From: Candidatus Marinacidobacterales bacterium
GTDB lineage: Bacteria > Acidobacteriota > Vicinamibacteria > Marinacidobacterales > SMYC01
NCBI GenBank assembly: GCA_965237955.1
Contig: OZ250169.1
Span: 544,001 to 608,000, forward strand
Direction: 5' to 3'
DNA length: 64,000 bases
Positions 1 through 11,182 of this stretch are shown one piece after another. The number at the start of each line of letters is the position of its first letter. The stretch's first letter is position 1. A model generated the notes under the pieces. The model did not search any database. It was not told the DNA's origin and was given only the letters and a program-made list of their open reading frames with translations. The position numbers and the translations under genes are program-made.

Positions 1-14
1 ATTGCCAACCAAGA

Positions 15-305
15 CTAGACACCTTGTCGCATCCGGTAACTGTTTCCCCGGATGTTGACGAGGTGACAGTGGTGGAGGATTCGGTCAATGAGGGCGGCAG
101 CCATGACCTCGTCACCGATGATCTCGCCCCATTCCTCGAAGCTCTTGTTTGAGGTGAGGACGGTGGAGGCGTGCTCGTAGCGTCGGCTCATGAGCTGGAA
201 GAAGAGTACTGCGCCTGTCTGGCTAACCGGCAAGTAGCCGATTTCGTCGACGACGAGCAGTGAGGGATGGCTGAGTACGGCGAGTCGGCGTGCCAAGGCT
301 CCGGC
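15..305 (-). pseudogene. istB: IS21-family IstB ATPase, C-terminal fragment
   Basis: LLVVDEIGYLP (Walker B), VLTSNKSFEEWGEI, AALIDRILHH and GNSYRM are IstB signatures. Walker A and the N-terminus are absent. Confidence 0.9.
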
Positions 306-396
306 AGCTCGAGTTCGTCCGCACGGACAATATTGATATCCGTGTTCCGGTCTATTGATATTCACTGGGCGTAGTCGAAATATCCTATACTCTAAA

Positions 397-585
397 CCCT
401 AATCGCAAATAAATGTCACCGTGTCTGAGGTCTTTGGCCCCGTGAATAGCACCTTTTCCAGGTTCTGCATACACCGTGCAGAATCACCTATAGTGGCGGC
501 GATCGGGTGCCCCAGCACGAGCTTCTCGCCTGCGCCCAGTGCAGCTGTTTCGCGTTTTCGTGCTTCGAAGATTGTTCGATTAGGG
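397..585. mobile_element. 189-bp IS1380-type MITE with 4-bp TAAA target duplication
   Basis: Left end CCCTAATCGCAAATAAAT, right end (reverse complement) CCCTAATCGAACAAT; TAAA at 393-396 and 586-589. The same end sequence follows the IS1380 transposase remnant at 11183-11200. Confidence 0.7.
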
Positions 586-676
586 TAAACTGTTCATATA
601 TACGTTATTCAGTTGAAGTTGAACCTACGTTCGTGGGAAGGTTCAGTTAGCCCTCAGTACAGAAAGACGCCTTCAC

Positions 677-2098
677 GTGGTCGAAGAAAATAGAACGCTA
701 GAGGGGTACCACCTAGATGGGCACTACAACCTCAAAGGGCAATGGTGGATTCCATCGGATCCGGTACGAAAGACAACAGGAAATTTAGAGCTCAAGGGAT
801 ACGACGGAGCGTATCTCGAAGTCGAGAACGCCTTCTCTACTGAAGTGGATCGCAATACCTTCACGAACTACCCGGTGCTCGTGGGCGTAACCCACAGCGG
901 TATCGAAGTGACGCTCTGCAATTGCCAGCAAACCGAAAAGTCACTCCTCCTATCTGCTGGATCGCGGTATCTCATCGAATTAGTCTTCATTGGACGTCAC
1001 TTTCAGAGACCAGGGCAAATTAAATTTCGCGCAGTCTATTTGTGGCTCCACAACCTTGACGAGTGGCTCAACTCCAGCGGTTTCACATTACCTACGTCGT
1101 TCAACCTTGAAGAAATGCGCTTCAAATACTGTCGACCCAAGGACATCGAATTGCACGCGAACGCGAGTCGACGGTTATCCGCCGGATTCTCCGTCTACGG
1201 ACCCAAGTACACCACCGTACAAAAAAGCATTGAGCTTCGGCAAGCCGCCTACCTGAAGGTCGAACGAAAGAGCGGTAAGAACCTGAGAGACTACATGGCC
1301 ACGAGTAGAGCGGTGCAGACTTTCTTGGCGCTCGCAATTCGTGGCACGGTGTACCCGCGAAAGGTCATGGCGGTTTATCGGAACGAACGAACAACAATCG
1401 ACGTCTTTTTCGTTCCCACGTTGCGATCAGAGTCCAGTCTCACGTCCCCCGTTGATATGGTTTTTTCCTTGCCAGACGTGTCCTCTGAGATTGACTCGAT
1501 GATGAACCTATGGTTTCGTAAATGGCTACGGTTGAAACCACTTTGCAACATCTACCTTGGTGTTCTCTACGGCAAAGAGCTGTACATGGAGAACAGATTC
1601 TTGGGCATGGTGCAGATTTTGGAGACGTACCATCGAAGATTTATTGGTGGGCAGTACCAGAACAAGGAAGAGTTCGAAAAGTCCGTCTACCCGACGCTCG
1701 TTGGAGCGATTCCCGACCACATAAACCGCGAGTATCGTGATAGCCTCAAGGGCAAGATAAGCTTCGGACACGAATATTCCTTAAGAAAGCGTCTTCGAGA
1801 TCTCATACGAAGAGTTCCCGAAAAGATCAAAGGAGAGATTTTCGGCGATGCTAGCAAGGCAGAAGGGAGATTCGTGGAGAAGGTCGTGGCGACTCGCAAC
1901 TATTTGACGCACTACACGAAGGAGCTAGAGTCTGTGGCCGTTACCGGCGAAAAACTCTATTGGTTCTACGTAAAACTTCGGATTTTGTCCGAAACTATTT
2001 TCCTGAGGGAGATGGGTATCCCCCCGAAACGGATCGAGCGCTTCTTAATGAAGAACGACGGATATCGTCAAGAATTTCGTTCTTGTCGTGACATCTAA
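677..2098 (+). CDS. ApeA-like HEPN nuclease (ApeA N-terminal domain plus HEPN), putative anti-phage RNase
   Basis: 473 aa; N-terminal GQWWIP...G.L and L.EWL pattern; C-terminal LETYHR, SLRKRL and RNYLTH (HEPN RxxxxH). Confidence 0.8.
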   Translation: MVEENRTLEGYHLDGHYNLKGQWWIPSDPVRKTTGNLELKGYDGAYLEVENAFSTEVDRNTFTNYPVLVGVTHSGIEVTLCNCQQTEKSLLLSAGSRYLIELVFIGRHFQRPGQIKFRAVYLWLHNLDEWLNSSGFTLPTSFNLEEMRFKYCRPKDIELHANASRRLSAGFSVYGPKYTTVQKSIELRQAAYLKVERKSGKNLRDYMATSRAVQTFLALAIRGTVYPRKVMAVYRNERTTIDVFFVPTLRSESSLTSPVDMVFSLPDVSSEIDSMMNLWFRKWLRLKPLCNIYLGVLYGKELYMENRFLGMVQILETYHRRFIGGQYQNKEEFEKSVYPTLVGAIPDHINREYRDSLKGKISFGHEYSLRKRLRDLIRRVPEKIKGEIFGDASKAEGRFVEKVVATRNYLTHYTKELESVAVTGEKLYWFYVKLRILSETIFLREMGIPPKRIERFLMKNDGYRQEFRSCRDI

Positions 2099-2115
2099 GC
2101 GCGCTTTCCTGGGAT

Positions 2116-2235
2116 CCCGTGTGGTCAAAATACTCGAACGCCCAGCAGGTCAGAAAATTGCGTCTTCCCAAAGGCCACCCGTACGCGTCGTATCCAAAAA
2201 CACAAACGAACTCAAGACCCGTAATTCCCAAAACT
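2116..2235 (+). repeat. Cluster of three rve-transposon end-like sequences
   Basis: CCCGTGTGGTCAAAATACTCGAAC (2116), CGCGTCGTATCCAAAAACACAAACGAAC (about 2184) and CCCGTAATTCCCAAAACT (about 2218). The first two are homologous to the two halves of 6026-6125. Confidence 0.7.
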
Positions 2236-2303
2236 TGTAAGCAGGCGCTTCTGCACACGGGTCTGCACTTCGACTAGCATTCTTATTTTCATCCTGGTTT
2301 TGC

Positions 2304-2600
2304 ATGCCCAGAAACGCGCAGGTTGTTCGACAGTGGCTCTTACTGGAGAGACTCGAACGCTCGAAGGGAGCGACCCTGGACGAGCTCGTGGACAGCTTAC
2401 CGTCCGACCATCCGTGCCACGCGCGCACGGTTCGGCGCGATCTCGAGGCGCTCGAAGCCCGGTTTCCGCTCATCACAGAACGAAGACGGGGCAAGACCAT
2501 ATGGCGCCTCATGGACGGCTTCGACCGAACAATCCGCCTCGCGTTCTACCAGACAGAACTTATGGCGCTTGTATTCTCGAAGGATCTTCAAGAGGTGTTG
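2304..2600 (+). pseudogene. N-terminal HTH of a WYL-type regulator, truncated
   Basis: MPRNAQVVRQWLLL...GATLDEL...RTVRRDLEALE resembles WYL-protein winged HTH domains. The WYL domain is missing. Confidence 0.65.
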
Positions 2601-2663
2601 ATCAACAGAAGGAGTACGCAAGACGATGACTGCACCCGACGCACAACTACTGAGCCAGGACGC

Positions 2664-5600
2664 TCATGCAGAGGTCACCGCTGCCAACCTTCTCGAACGT
2701 CTCGACCTCGAGCGGTTGGATATATCCAACCGCTTAGCGGTCGATCCGAAGCGACGAGCTGCGTAGTCGTAGCGCAGCACGGTCGTCCACGCCTCGCGTA
2801 GCACCCTGACTGGTTCGGCTCCAGTCGCCACGTCGTGAAGCCGCCCGACACGGGCCAGATCCGCCGCCTGCCCCGTCGCGTCCTCCAGCCGTGCGTGCAG
2901 AAGCGCCGCGTTCATGAGCAGCAATACGCTGACCATGCATGCATCGGCATGAGCGTCCGTGTCCTGCAAATGCTCCATGCCGAGCACCGAACGCAACCGC
3001 CCCTCCAGCCCTTCGTGGCGCAAGTGGTCCGATGCGCGACGCACCGGCTCCATCAGCAGGTTGAAGTCGCGTACGTCGTTCCCGCGCAGTCCCGACTTCT
3101 CCATCACCTCGACGCGCAGATCGCGGCCCACGCCGTCTTGACGGATCTGTTCCAGGAGTCGCTGCGTCGGCGACGATCCGGGCGGACGCTGTTGCTCGGC
3201 CACGTCGCGTCGAGAAGGGCGTCGCCGGGGCCGGCGCGGCAACGGCTCGTGTTGCTCGGCCCGCTCGCGCGCCCGCTCCAGGGTTTTGGCCACGTCCACG
3301 CCGCCTTGCCGTTCCATGGACCGCGCCGCTTCCTGCACGGTACATGTGACACCGCTTCGCCGACGCTGGAGCACCAGCACCGCTGGCGATTCCTTCAGCG
3401 TGCGCTCGTCATCACCCGGCGGGCCGTCGGTAAACCGGGCTGGCGTACCTGGCGACATCGGCTGCTCGCGCCATTGGAACCCCTTGTCCGGCGTCAAGTA
3501 CTCCGTGACAGAGGCAGAGGCCTCATCCCACGCTGGCACCTTCGCTTGATTCACCGCGCTCTCGGCGTAGCCCCGCGGTCCCGTCCACACGCCCACACGG
3601 GTGACAGGCCCGTCGTTCACCACGACCGCCTGCCGCACCGGCTGCTCGTCCTCCGGCGGCACGTAGATCTGCAACAGGCTCGAGATCTCGTCCTCGATGC
3701 GCCCATCGTGCGCCCGCAGCGCCCGCAAGACCTCACCGAGCACCCTCCACTCGTCGCCGAGCGTGTCCATCGACAGGCTCGTCTCCGCGTCAATGCCCCG
3801 CGGCAGAGGAACTGGCACGATCACGTACCCGTATTGCTTCCCCGGCGCCCGGCGCATGCAGCGGCCGACGATCTGGATCACGTCAGTCGGGCTGCGGCGC
3901 ACGGCCAGGAGCGCCACGGCGTCGAGACTCGGACTGTCCGTTCCCTCTCCGAAAATCCCGACGTTCGCGATCCCGCGCGGCTTCTCGGCATCCGCCGCCG
4001 CGAGATCACGCAGTGCCCGCCGCCGTTCGCGCACCGGGTGCCCCGCGTCGAGATGCTCCACGGCATACGGCCGCGCAGCTCCTTCGACGCCGCCCTCGCT
4101 AAAGTACCGCTCGATCTCCGAGCGCCCCTCGTCGCTGTCGAGCCACTTCACCATCTGGTCGGAACGCTGGACCTTGTTCAGGAACGCCAGCGACCGGCTT
4201 ACGCGCACACTCCCATCGTCTCCGGCCGCTCCGCCGGCAAGCGTCACCCCGTAGACCAGCCAGGAGAGCGCCTCGTTGGTCGTCAGTCCGCGCGACTCGT
4301 GCGACTGCTCGAACCGCTGGACGATGCGATTGGCCGCCGTCCACGCACGTTCATCGACGCCAATCGCGATGATCCGGTAGTCGCACAGAAAACCCTTCTC
4401 GACCGCCTCCTTGTACGGCAGACGGTAGGCCATCGGACCGAAGATCGACTCGTCCGACATGCTCGCCACGATCCACTTCCTGCGGTCGATACGGGCGACC
4501 CTCGCGTTGCTCGCATCGTAGACGCGGGGCGTCGCCGTCTGGTACAGCCGGTACCGGGCCGGAAACGCATTCTGGTCGTGGCACAGCGTAAACACCCGCA
4601 GCCGCTCCCCTTGCCGCCGGCTCTTGACCGGCCGCAACTGGGCCGTCCGGTGCGCCTCGTCCAGAATCAGGACCTGCGCAAACCGGCGCTCCGCAAGCAG
4701 CGCGTCCGCCGTGTGGTGCGCCGACTGGTACGTCGAGAAGATGATGCGCAGGTCGGTCGAGCCCGCGCCGGCGCGAAGCCAGTCGGCAACCGCCTCTGCG
4801 CTCTGGGCCACCCGACAACCGACATCAGCCGCGTGGACCTGGCCGGCGTCCCGCGTCGGATCCGCCGCGAGATCCGGATCCCGCTCGACATCGACATGTC
4901 CTGCCGTCGCGTCGCTGCACACCGCCAGCGTCCGCACCGGACGACCGATGTGCGACAGGTACTCCCGCCGCACCTGCGCGATCAACGCGATGCTCGGTAC
5001 GAGCACTACGCCGAGATCGCCCGGTCCCGACAACTCCGACATGATCCGCATCGACACGCGAGTCTTGCCGGTTCCGCAGGGCAGCACGAGCGTCGCCCGC
5101 GCCGCGTCACGCGGCATCCAGTCCGCCGGGTTGCTACCGAGCCAGCGGTCCCGGTGTTCCGGCAAACCGGCTCGAAGCGCCTGCACGCACGCGGCCACCA
5201 CCTCTTGCTGCATCGCCGTACGCGGGTCAGGCTCGGTCGACGCCCGTTCCCGTTCCCGCGCATCTGCCAGAGCTTCGGCCAACGCCGCCTCGAAATCGAT
5301 GAACGTCACCTCCGCGACGGCGGCGGCGTCCTCCGTCACCGCACTTCTGTGGGCTTCCGCCACCATCCAGCGCTCCGCGAACAACGACGCCGGCGCAGCA
5401 CCGCCGAACTTTTGCACCTGCGTCGTCGTCACTGACCCGTCGCCGCTCCGCGCCTTGCACTGGATCGCAACGCGCGACCCGTCATGCTTGATGGCCACAA
5501 GGTCGATGCCGGCATCGTGCGACGGCAGGGGAGCGCCTACCAAAGTCCGATCCGGCCACTCCCGGTAGCGCCAGCACTTGGCGATCTCCCAACTCGGAAT

Positions 5601-5717
5601 ATTTTCGGCATGCCGGAGCACGGCGTCCTCGAACTTCGTCCCGTCAAACCGCCGCGCGTCTCTGTCGGCCTGCAAGGACGCGAGCGTTTCGTCAAGACTC
5701 GAAACCTGATCCATCAT
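2664..5717 (-). pseudogene. Mrr-like nuclease plus SF2 helicase (Type ISP R-M-like), truncated before the methylase
   Basis: GIDLVA...AIQCKA (Mrr D..QxK), PCGTGKT, LDEAHRT, QTATPR, QIVGRCMR. No methylase motifs; the C-terminal tail after about 2760 looks unrelated. Confidence 0.75.
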
Positions 5718-5745
5718 GGTCGCGTGGAAGTCTACATCGTGAGAG

Positions 5746-6027
5746 CCCGTCGTGTCCGAAAATACGAACGGAGCCCGAAAGCTCGAATCTTAGAGGCGTT
5801 CTCAAAATTCGCGGAGATCAGCCGACGCGACACTGGCTCTGCGATAGGCGAACTCGAGCAGAAGCTCTCCTCCAGACCATCCGTTACGTCCAGCTCGTGC
5901 GCCGGAACTCCTATGCGGCGGCGCGGTGGTAATAGTGGAGCATGCCACCCAATCGCTCACGACATCGCACCTTCCCGTGGCGGCTGCCGACGCATTCTTC
6001 CGCTTCGATCAACGCGTTCCCCAACCC
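5746..6027 (-). mobile_element. Right-end remnant of an rve/DDE transposon (last ~38 codons plus terminus)
   Basis: GLGNALI...RERLGGMLHYYHRAAA* parallels the C-terminus of 6146-7216; end CCCGTCGTGTCCGAAAATACGAAC at 5746. Confidence 0.8.
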
Positions 6028-6145
6028 CGTCGTGTCCAAAAACACGAACGAACTCACCACCTCGGGCCTTTGGGAAGGTGCAAACTGCTGACCCGCTGGA
6101 CGTTCGAGTATTTGGACCAGACGGGCTACCGTCGCCGGCGACAAT

Positions 6146-7216
6146 CTACGCGGCACGGCAGTAGTAGTTGAGAATGCCCCCAAGTCGCTCTCGCGACACG
6201 ATGGGGCCAGCGTCATTCGCGCTTGCCGGCAGAGGTGTGAGGAGCTCGTTGCCGAGACCTTGGTGGTTCCGTTCTGTGTGATAGTGCACTACGTATTCGG
6301 TTACCGCTGTGCGCAGGTGTCGCTCACTGAGAGGTACGAAGCGGTCGAGACACTCTCGACGTATGGAGAGAACGAATCTTTCCGCATATGCGTTCAGATT
6401 CGGACTATTAGCGGGAAGGCGAAGGGGCTTCACGCCTGAATCTCTCAACAGACCACGTACCGCCTCGGTGAATAGCGGGTCCCGGTCGTGGATGAGGTAT
6501 CGCTTGCCAAGGAGGAAACCATCCCACATGTCCGTGAGGTTTCTTGCCACCTGCTTCATCCACTCCCCGTTGGGGTCCGACGTTATCCCACCGATGCACA
6601 CGCAGCGAGTGGCGATATCGATGACAAACAGGACATGGTAGCGGACGAGCCCGAACGGGTTCACAACCTCGACGGTGAACAGGTCTGTCGCAGCGATGGC
6701 GCCCCAATGAGCCTTGATGAAGGTGCTCCACGACATGCTCCTGCCCCGCTCCGGCGCAGGAGCGATACCGTGCTCGGCGAGGATCCTCTTGATAGTGTTG
6801 CGTCCGAGTTCATGTCCTAGGTTCTTGAGTGCGCCTCGCAGGCGCGTATATCCCCACGTCGGGTTCTCCCGCGCCACGCGCACAATGAGCTCACGGATGT
6901 CCTTCGCCGTCGGAGGTCGGCCTGGACTCCGGTTCTTGCTGCCATCGTACTTGGCTGCGATGAGGTGGCGGTACCAGCGCAGAAGCGTAGCGGGTGTGGC
7001 AACGGACGCAATCTGGGCCAGCGCCTCGCGGCCCAAAGCCTGGGCCTTGACCGCGAGCCTGCGCCGGTCGTCGTCCGAGAGACTGAGACGCTTGCCCCGA
7101 AGCCCGGCTCGGAGCACACGGTTCTCCCCTTGCTGGTAGTCGATCACATCCTGCTGCTGGCGGTTGACCCAGCCAGCTAGAACGAGCAGTAGGAATTGCA
7201 CGTGGTACGTCATCAT
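6146..7216 (-). CDS. Integrase-core (rve) DDE transposase, IS481/IS3-like, family A
   Basis: HTH region [10 protein letters not shown]; catalytic D (ATDLF), D (HDRDPLF), E (NAYAERFV); [14 protein letters not shown] at 7216 preferred over the GTG at 7291. Confidence 0.9.
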   Translation of the reverse strand: MMTYHVQFLLLVLAGWVNRQQQDVIDYQQGENRVLRAGLRGKRLSLSDDDRRRLAVKAQALGREALAQIASVATPATLLRWYRHLIAAKYDGSKNRSPGRPPTAKDIRELIVRVARENPTWGYTRLRGALKNLGHELGRNTIKRILAEHGIAPAPERGRSMSWSTFIKAHWGAIAATDLFTVEVVNPFGLVRYHVLFVIDIATRCVCIGGITSDPNGEWMKQVARNLTDMWDGFLLGKRYLIHDRDPLFTEAVRGLLRDSGVKPLRLPANSPNLNAYAERFVLSIRRECLDRFVPLSERHLRTAVTEYVVHYHTERNHQGLGNELLTPLPASANDAGPIVSRERLGGILNYYCRAA

Positions 7217-7291
7217 GGAGCTGAAGATAACACCCTCGGGCCAGACGATTGTAAAGCCTACGGCCCTTGGCCCCGGCGCAAACACAGACAC

Positions 7292-7304
7292 TAAGCTGTT
7301 GATT
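7292..7304 (-). promoter_or_regulatory. IHF-consensus site in the family A left end
   Basis: AATCAACAGCTTA matches WATCAANNNNTTR exactly. An equivalent AATCAAGGACTTA lies in family B ends (14257-14269, about 24086-24098). Confidence 0.65.
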
Positions 7305-7346
7305 TATGGCCTATTTCAAAAGGGCCGAGTTTTGGCACAGGACGGG

Positions 7347-8690
7347 GTCGAGATCCCGGTTGCCGCATCGGAGCCGGGGGGCAGGTATGGCCCGGGCGGT
7401 GGCGCTCGGCTGGACGGTGGCGTCGGCAGTGTGGGGCCGGGCGTCAGCGCGTTGCCCACCCTGCGCCGACGAATGCTCCGGGACCGCCTGGCGCGCAGTG
7501 CCTTCGAACTGGGCCTCGGCAGGCAGCCGGACGGGGAGGCGCCGTCCGGGCCGCCGTCCGGTCTGACCGTCTGGGGCCGCGGCGACATCAGCCAGTTCGC
7601 CGGCAGGCCGGACGACGGGCTGGCGCTCGATGGCGACACCGTGACGGCACTGGTCGGCGGCGACTACCGCTGGAGCCCACGGGGGCTGGCGGGCGTCGCG
7701 GTCGCCCGCTCGAGCAGCACCATCCGCTACGCGAGCAGCCGGGCGGGCGATGGCTCGATTGACGCCCGCGTGATCACCTTGCAGCCCTACGTCTACCTCT
7801 CGCCCCGCCCGAACCTCGGCGTGTGGGGGCTGGCAGGGGTCGGCTGGGGCGGCCTTGACCTCGCCGACCTCGAGTCTCAGGGGGACACGACTCTGGACGC
7901 CGACCTCTCGCTCCGGATCGCGGCTGCGGGCGTCCGGCAGGCTCTGGCATCGACCGGCCGGGTTGACTGGGCAATGAAGGCGGACGGCGTCGTCGTCGGC
8001 CTGACGACGGCGGCAGTCGAGGGGCTGCCGGCAGTGGAGGCGGCGAGCGCGCGGCTGCGGGCGGCGGTCGAGGGCCGAGTCGAGATGGCGGTGCGCCCGT
8101 CGCTACGGGTCAGTCCGTCGGTCGAGGTGGGTGCGCGGTACGATGGCGGCGACGCCGACACCGGCAGCGGCCTGGAAGTGGGCGGCGGGCTGGCGGTGGA
8201 ACATCTGCCGACCGGTCTGAGCCTCAGTGCCCAGGGCCGCTACCTGGTGACGCATCACGCGGAGGCATTCGAGGAGTGGGGCGCGGGCCTCACGCTGCGG
8301 GTCGATCGGGGCCAGGCAGGGCGCGGGCTGGCGCTGACGCTGGCGCCGATGTGGGGCGAGACAGTGAGCGGCGGCGTGCAGGCGCTCTGGTTGGACCAGC
8401 GGCAGCTGGCGCGGCAAACCGGTGCTGTCGGCCGGCCGCCGGGCGGACTGACGCTGCGACAGGAGGTGAGCTACGGCCTCGGCCTCGGTGGCCAGGGACT
8501 GATCACGCCGCTGGCCGGGGTCGATCTCGACGCCCGGGGCGGGCGGCGGCTCCAGGTCGGCGCGCGGCTAGCGGTCAACTGGGCGGGTGCCGCAGCGAAC
8601 GGCGGCGGCCTCCAGCTGGAAGTGCTGGGCGAGCAGACGACGCGGCAGACCCTGCCGCCCGACTACCGGCCTGGGGCTCTTCGGGACGTT
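7347..8690 (+). pseudogene. Autotransporter beta-barrel fragment
   Basis: LTVWGRGD, GGDY, GARYDGGDADTGSGLEVGGG and EEWG are beta-domain motifs. The 5' part is cut by the family A end. Confidence 0.75.
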
Positions 8691-8731
8691 GCGCTTCGGT
8701 GCTGGGGAGAATTAGTCGGAACGCTAAGCAT

Positions 8732-8811
8732 GGTACTTTCGAGTGAACGAACGATTTCGGTCACTCCCCGATGACCTCCGCCCACGCGGGCGGTGCCATT
8801 GCTGTCAAGTT
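8732..8811 (+). repeat. 80-bp dispersed repeat with GC hairpin (copy at 59175-59254; partial inverted copy 57727-57753)
   Basis: GGTACTTTCGAGTGAACGAACGATTTCGG...CCGCCC-N4-GGGCGG...GCTGTCAAGTT; the two full copies differ only in the hairpin loop. Confidence 0.85.
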
Positions 8812-9073
8812 GACGAAAAGCTAGCTGACCGAACCCCAAGATACTGAGCTCGAGCCCGTCGTGAACCCACCATGCTGGGCATCAGAAACGGCCGTCAGCC
8901 TCAACTTAACAATGCCGGCTCTGCGGTTCGGACACCAGTTCTGGACTCCGGCGATGCGCGAGGTGACCGGTGGCTCACGAAGTTGTTGAGGGTTTACATT
9001 CAGGCATGCCCAAAGAGGCTTGGTGCCGCGCCTGAGGTGCGCGCGGACCGGTTCTGGCGTCTGCCGGCAGGTC

Positions 9074-9370
9074 ATGGGAGGTTCGGTGCTGCGATACAGA
9101 GTGACACTCGGTCTCGTCGTCTTCTGCGTGGCCGGCGTGGCGCTGGCTCCGGCCGCGGCGCAATGCGGGCAGGTTGCCGGCCAAGTCGTTGATGCGACCG
9201 GCGGCGTGCTGCCGGGGGCGACCGTCACGCTGATCGGCGGCGCTGGCGGGCCGCGGGCCACGCAGACCGGCGCCCAGGGCCAGTTTGCGTTCACCGGCCT
9301 CTCCCCCGGCATCTACACGGTGACCATCTTCCTGAGCGGCTTCGGCGAGGTGACGGTGGGCGATACGCTC
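9074..9370 (+). pseudogene. TonB-dependent receptor N-terminal carboxypeptidase-regulatory-like fragment
   Basis: Signal peptide, then GQVVDATGGVLPGATVTL...G.F.F.GL.PG.Y.V; truncated. Confidence 0.75.
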
Positions 9371-9436
9371 GCAAGGAAGAGTCGGTGCGTGGTCGCCGTC
9401 ACGGAACCAACCCGGGCACGGTAGGGCTTGCCGGCC

Positions 9437-10314
9437 AGCTCACGGATGTCCTTCGCCGTCGGAGGTCGGCCTGGGCTCCGGTTCTTGCTGCCATCGTACT
9501 TGGCTGCGATGAGGCAGCGGTACCAACGCAGAAGCGTAGCGGGTGTGGCAACGGACGCAATCTGGGCCAGCGCCTCGCGGCCCAAAGCCTGGGCCTTGAC
9601 CGCGAGCCTGCGCCGCTCGTCGTCCGAGAGACTGAGACGCTTGCCCCGAAGCCCGGCTCGGAGCACACGGTTCTCCTCTTGCTGGTAGTCGATCACATCC
9701 TGCTGCTGGCGGTTGACCCAGCCAGCTAGAACGAGCAGTAGGAATTGCACGTGGTACGTCATCATGGATCTGAAGATAACACCCTCGGGCCAGACGATTG
9801 TAAAGCCTACGGCCCTTGGCCCCGGCGCAAACACAGACAACTAAGCTGCTGATTTATGGCCTATTTCAAAAGGGCCGAGTTTTGGCACAGGACGGGCTCC
9901 GGTTCTTGCTGCCATCGTACTTGGCTGCGATGAGGCAGCGGTACCAACGCAGAAGCGTAGCGGGTGTGGCAACGGACGCAATATGGGCCAGCGCCTCGCG
10001 GCCCAAAGCCTGGGCCTTGACCGCGAGCCTGCGCCGGTCGTCGTCCGAGAGCCTGAGACGCTTGCCCCGAAGCCCGGCTCGGAGCACACGGTTCTCCTCT
10101 TGCTGGTAGTCGATCACATCCTGCTGCTGGCGGTTGACCCAGCCAGCTAGAACGAGCAGTAGGAATTGCACGCGGTACGTCATCATGGATCTGAAGATAA
10201 CACCCTCGGGCCAGACGATTGTAAAGCCTACGGCCCTTGGCCCCGGCGCAAACACAGACACTAAGCTGCTGATTTATGGCCTATTTCAAAAGGGCCGAGT
10301 TTTGGCACAGGACG
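9437..10314 (-). mobile_element. Two tandem truncated family A copies (9437-9896, 9897-10314): left end plus about 100 codons each
   Basis: Near-identical to about 6890-7346. The end of one copy is joined to GGAGCC inside the other copy's transposase gene. Confidence 0.9.
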
Positions 10315-10343
10315 CGGAAAGGAAGGGCGCTCCCACAATGGAA

Positions 10344-11153
10344 CTACACCATCAGGCCAAGAAGAATGTCGAAATAATTCTTGGGCGACTCCTTAGGTAG
10401 CCACTCGACGTGATCGATCCACGCCGGCGGGACGGCTTTACCCATCCCGGTATAGTTCACATTGCATGCCAAGCTGCGCTCGAGTATCTGTACCGTTCGG
10501 TGCGCGTAGTTCAGCGCCGCCCGAACCGCACCGTATCGGCTGCCGGGTGTCGTGAACACAACGAGACACGGGCGCGTTGCCTCTTGATACGCTCGGCGTA
10601 ACGGACGCCCGGTCACTTCTTCATAGTCGGCGCAGATATCTTCTACCGTCTCGCAGACCTGCGTGAAGTCCTTGTGATCCCCGCTTCGGCCGATCGCGGC
10701 ATCCCGAACCAGAAAGGCGAAAGGCCCTTCCCACCCAGGCGCCATTACCTTCTTGTGGAATTGCTGCGAGAAGTGTCGATCAGCTCGGTCGAACGATCGC
10801 CGATATTCCTCCCAATCGGCCGGTGAACTCCATTGGGAAGCGACTACTCCAAGCGACTCCCACAGCTTCGGCAAGGCAGCAGGAGTCGGAAGGATCCCCT
10901 CCTCAAACGTCGTGCTCTCGGGAGCCCTCGTCGCGTGAAACCAGCGGATGCCGGCCGGAGCCGGTAGATCGCTTTGGTCCTCGTACCCGAACTCGCGTAC
11001 AAGCTGATCCTCTGGAGCCACCCCGCTACCTTCCCATTTGAGATCGATCTGCGAGAGTCCCAGGCGAAGCTCATCGCCGGACATTACGAGTAGATCGCCC
11101 AAGGACTTGAGCGCCGTATCAAGTGACGAACAATCCAAGATCGTGCTAGTCAT
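10344..11153 (-). CDS. Hypothetical protein, possible ADP-ribosyltransferase-like fold
   Basis: 269-aa ORF with ATG and AG-rich RBS; WFHATR...EEGILP resembles the H-x-T...G-L strand of ART folds (weak). Confidence 0.65.
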   Translation of the reverse strand: MTSTILDCSSLDTALKSLGDLLVMSGDELRLGLSQIDLKWEGSGVAPEDQLVREFGYEDQSDLPAPAGIRWFHATRAPESTTFEEGILPTPAALPKLWESLGVVASQWSSPADWEEYRRSFDRADRHFSQQFHKKVMAPGWEGPFAFLVRDAAIGRSGDHKDFTQVCETVEDICADYEEVTGRPLRRAYQEATRPCLVVFTTPGSRYGAVRAALNYAHRTVQILERSLACNVNYTGMGKAVPPAWIDHVEWLPKESPKNYFDILLGLMV

Positions 11154-11182
11154 TTCTCTTCCACCGGTGCTTCCGCCATTAA

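Larger units (their letters stand above)
6026..7346 (-). mobile_element. Complete rve/DDE transposon, family A (about 1.32 kb)
   Basis: Terminal inverted repeats CCCGTCCTGTGCCAAAACTC / CCCGTCGTGTCCAAAAACAC (16/20) around one transposase; no target duplication. Confidence 0.85.

Noticed and set aside
2835-5435. 866-aa plus-strand ORF and similar long shadow ORFs (for example 57837-58922, 44003-44830)
   Set aside because: Antisense to well-supported genes in high-GC DNA, with no motifs.
7164-8774. ORFs containing [30 protein letters not shown] or [11 protein letters not shown] as a shared protein domain
   Set aside because: These peptides are translations of the family A end repeat, not a real domain.
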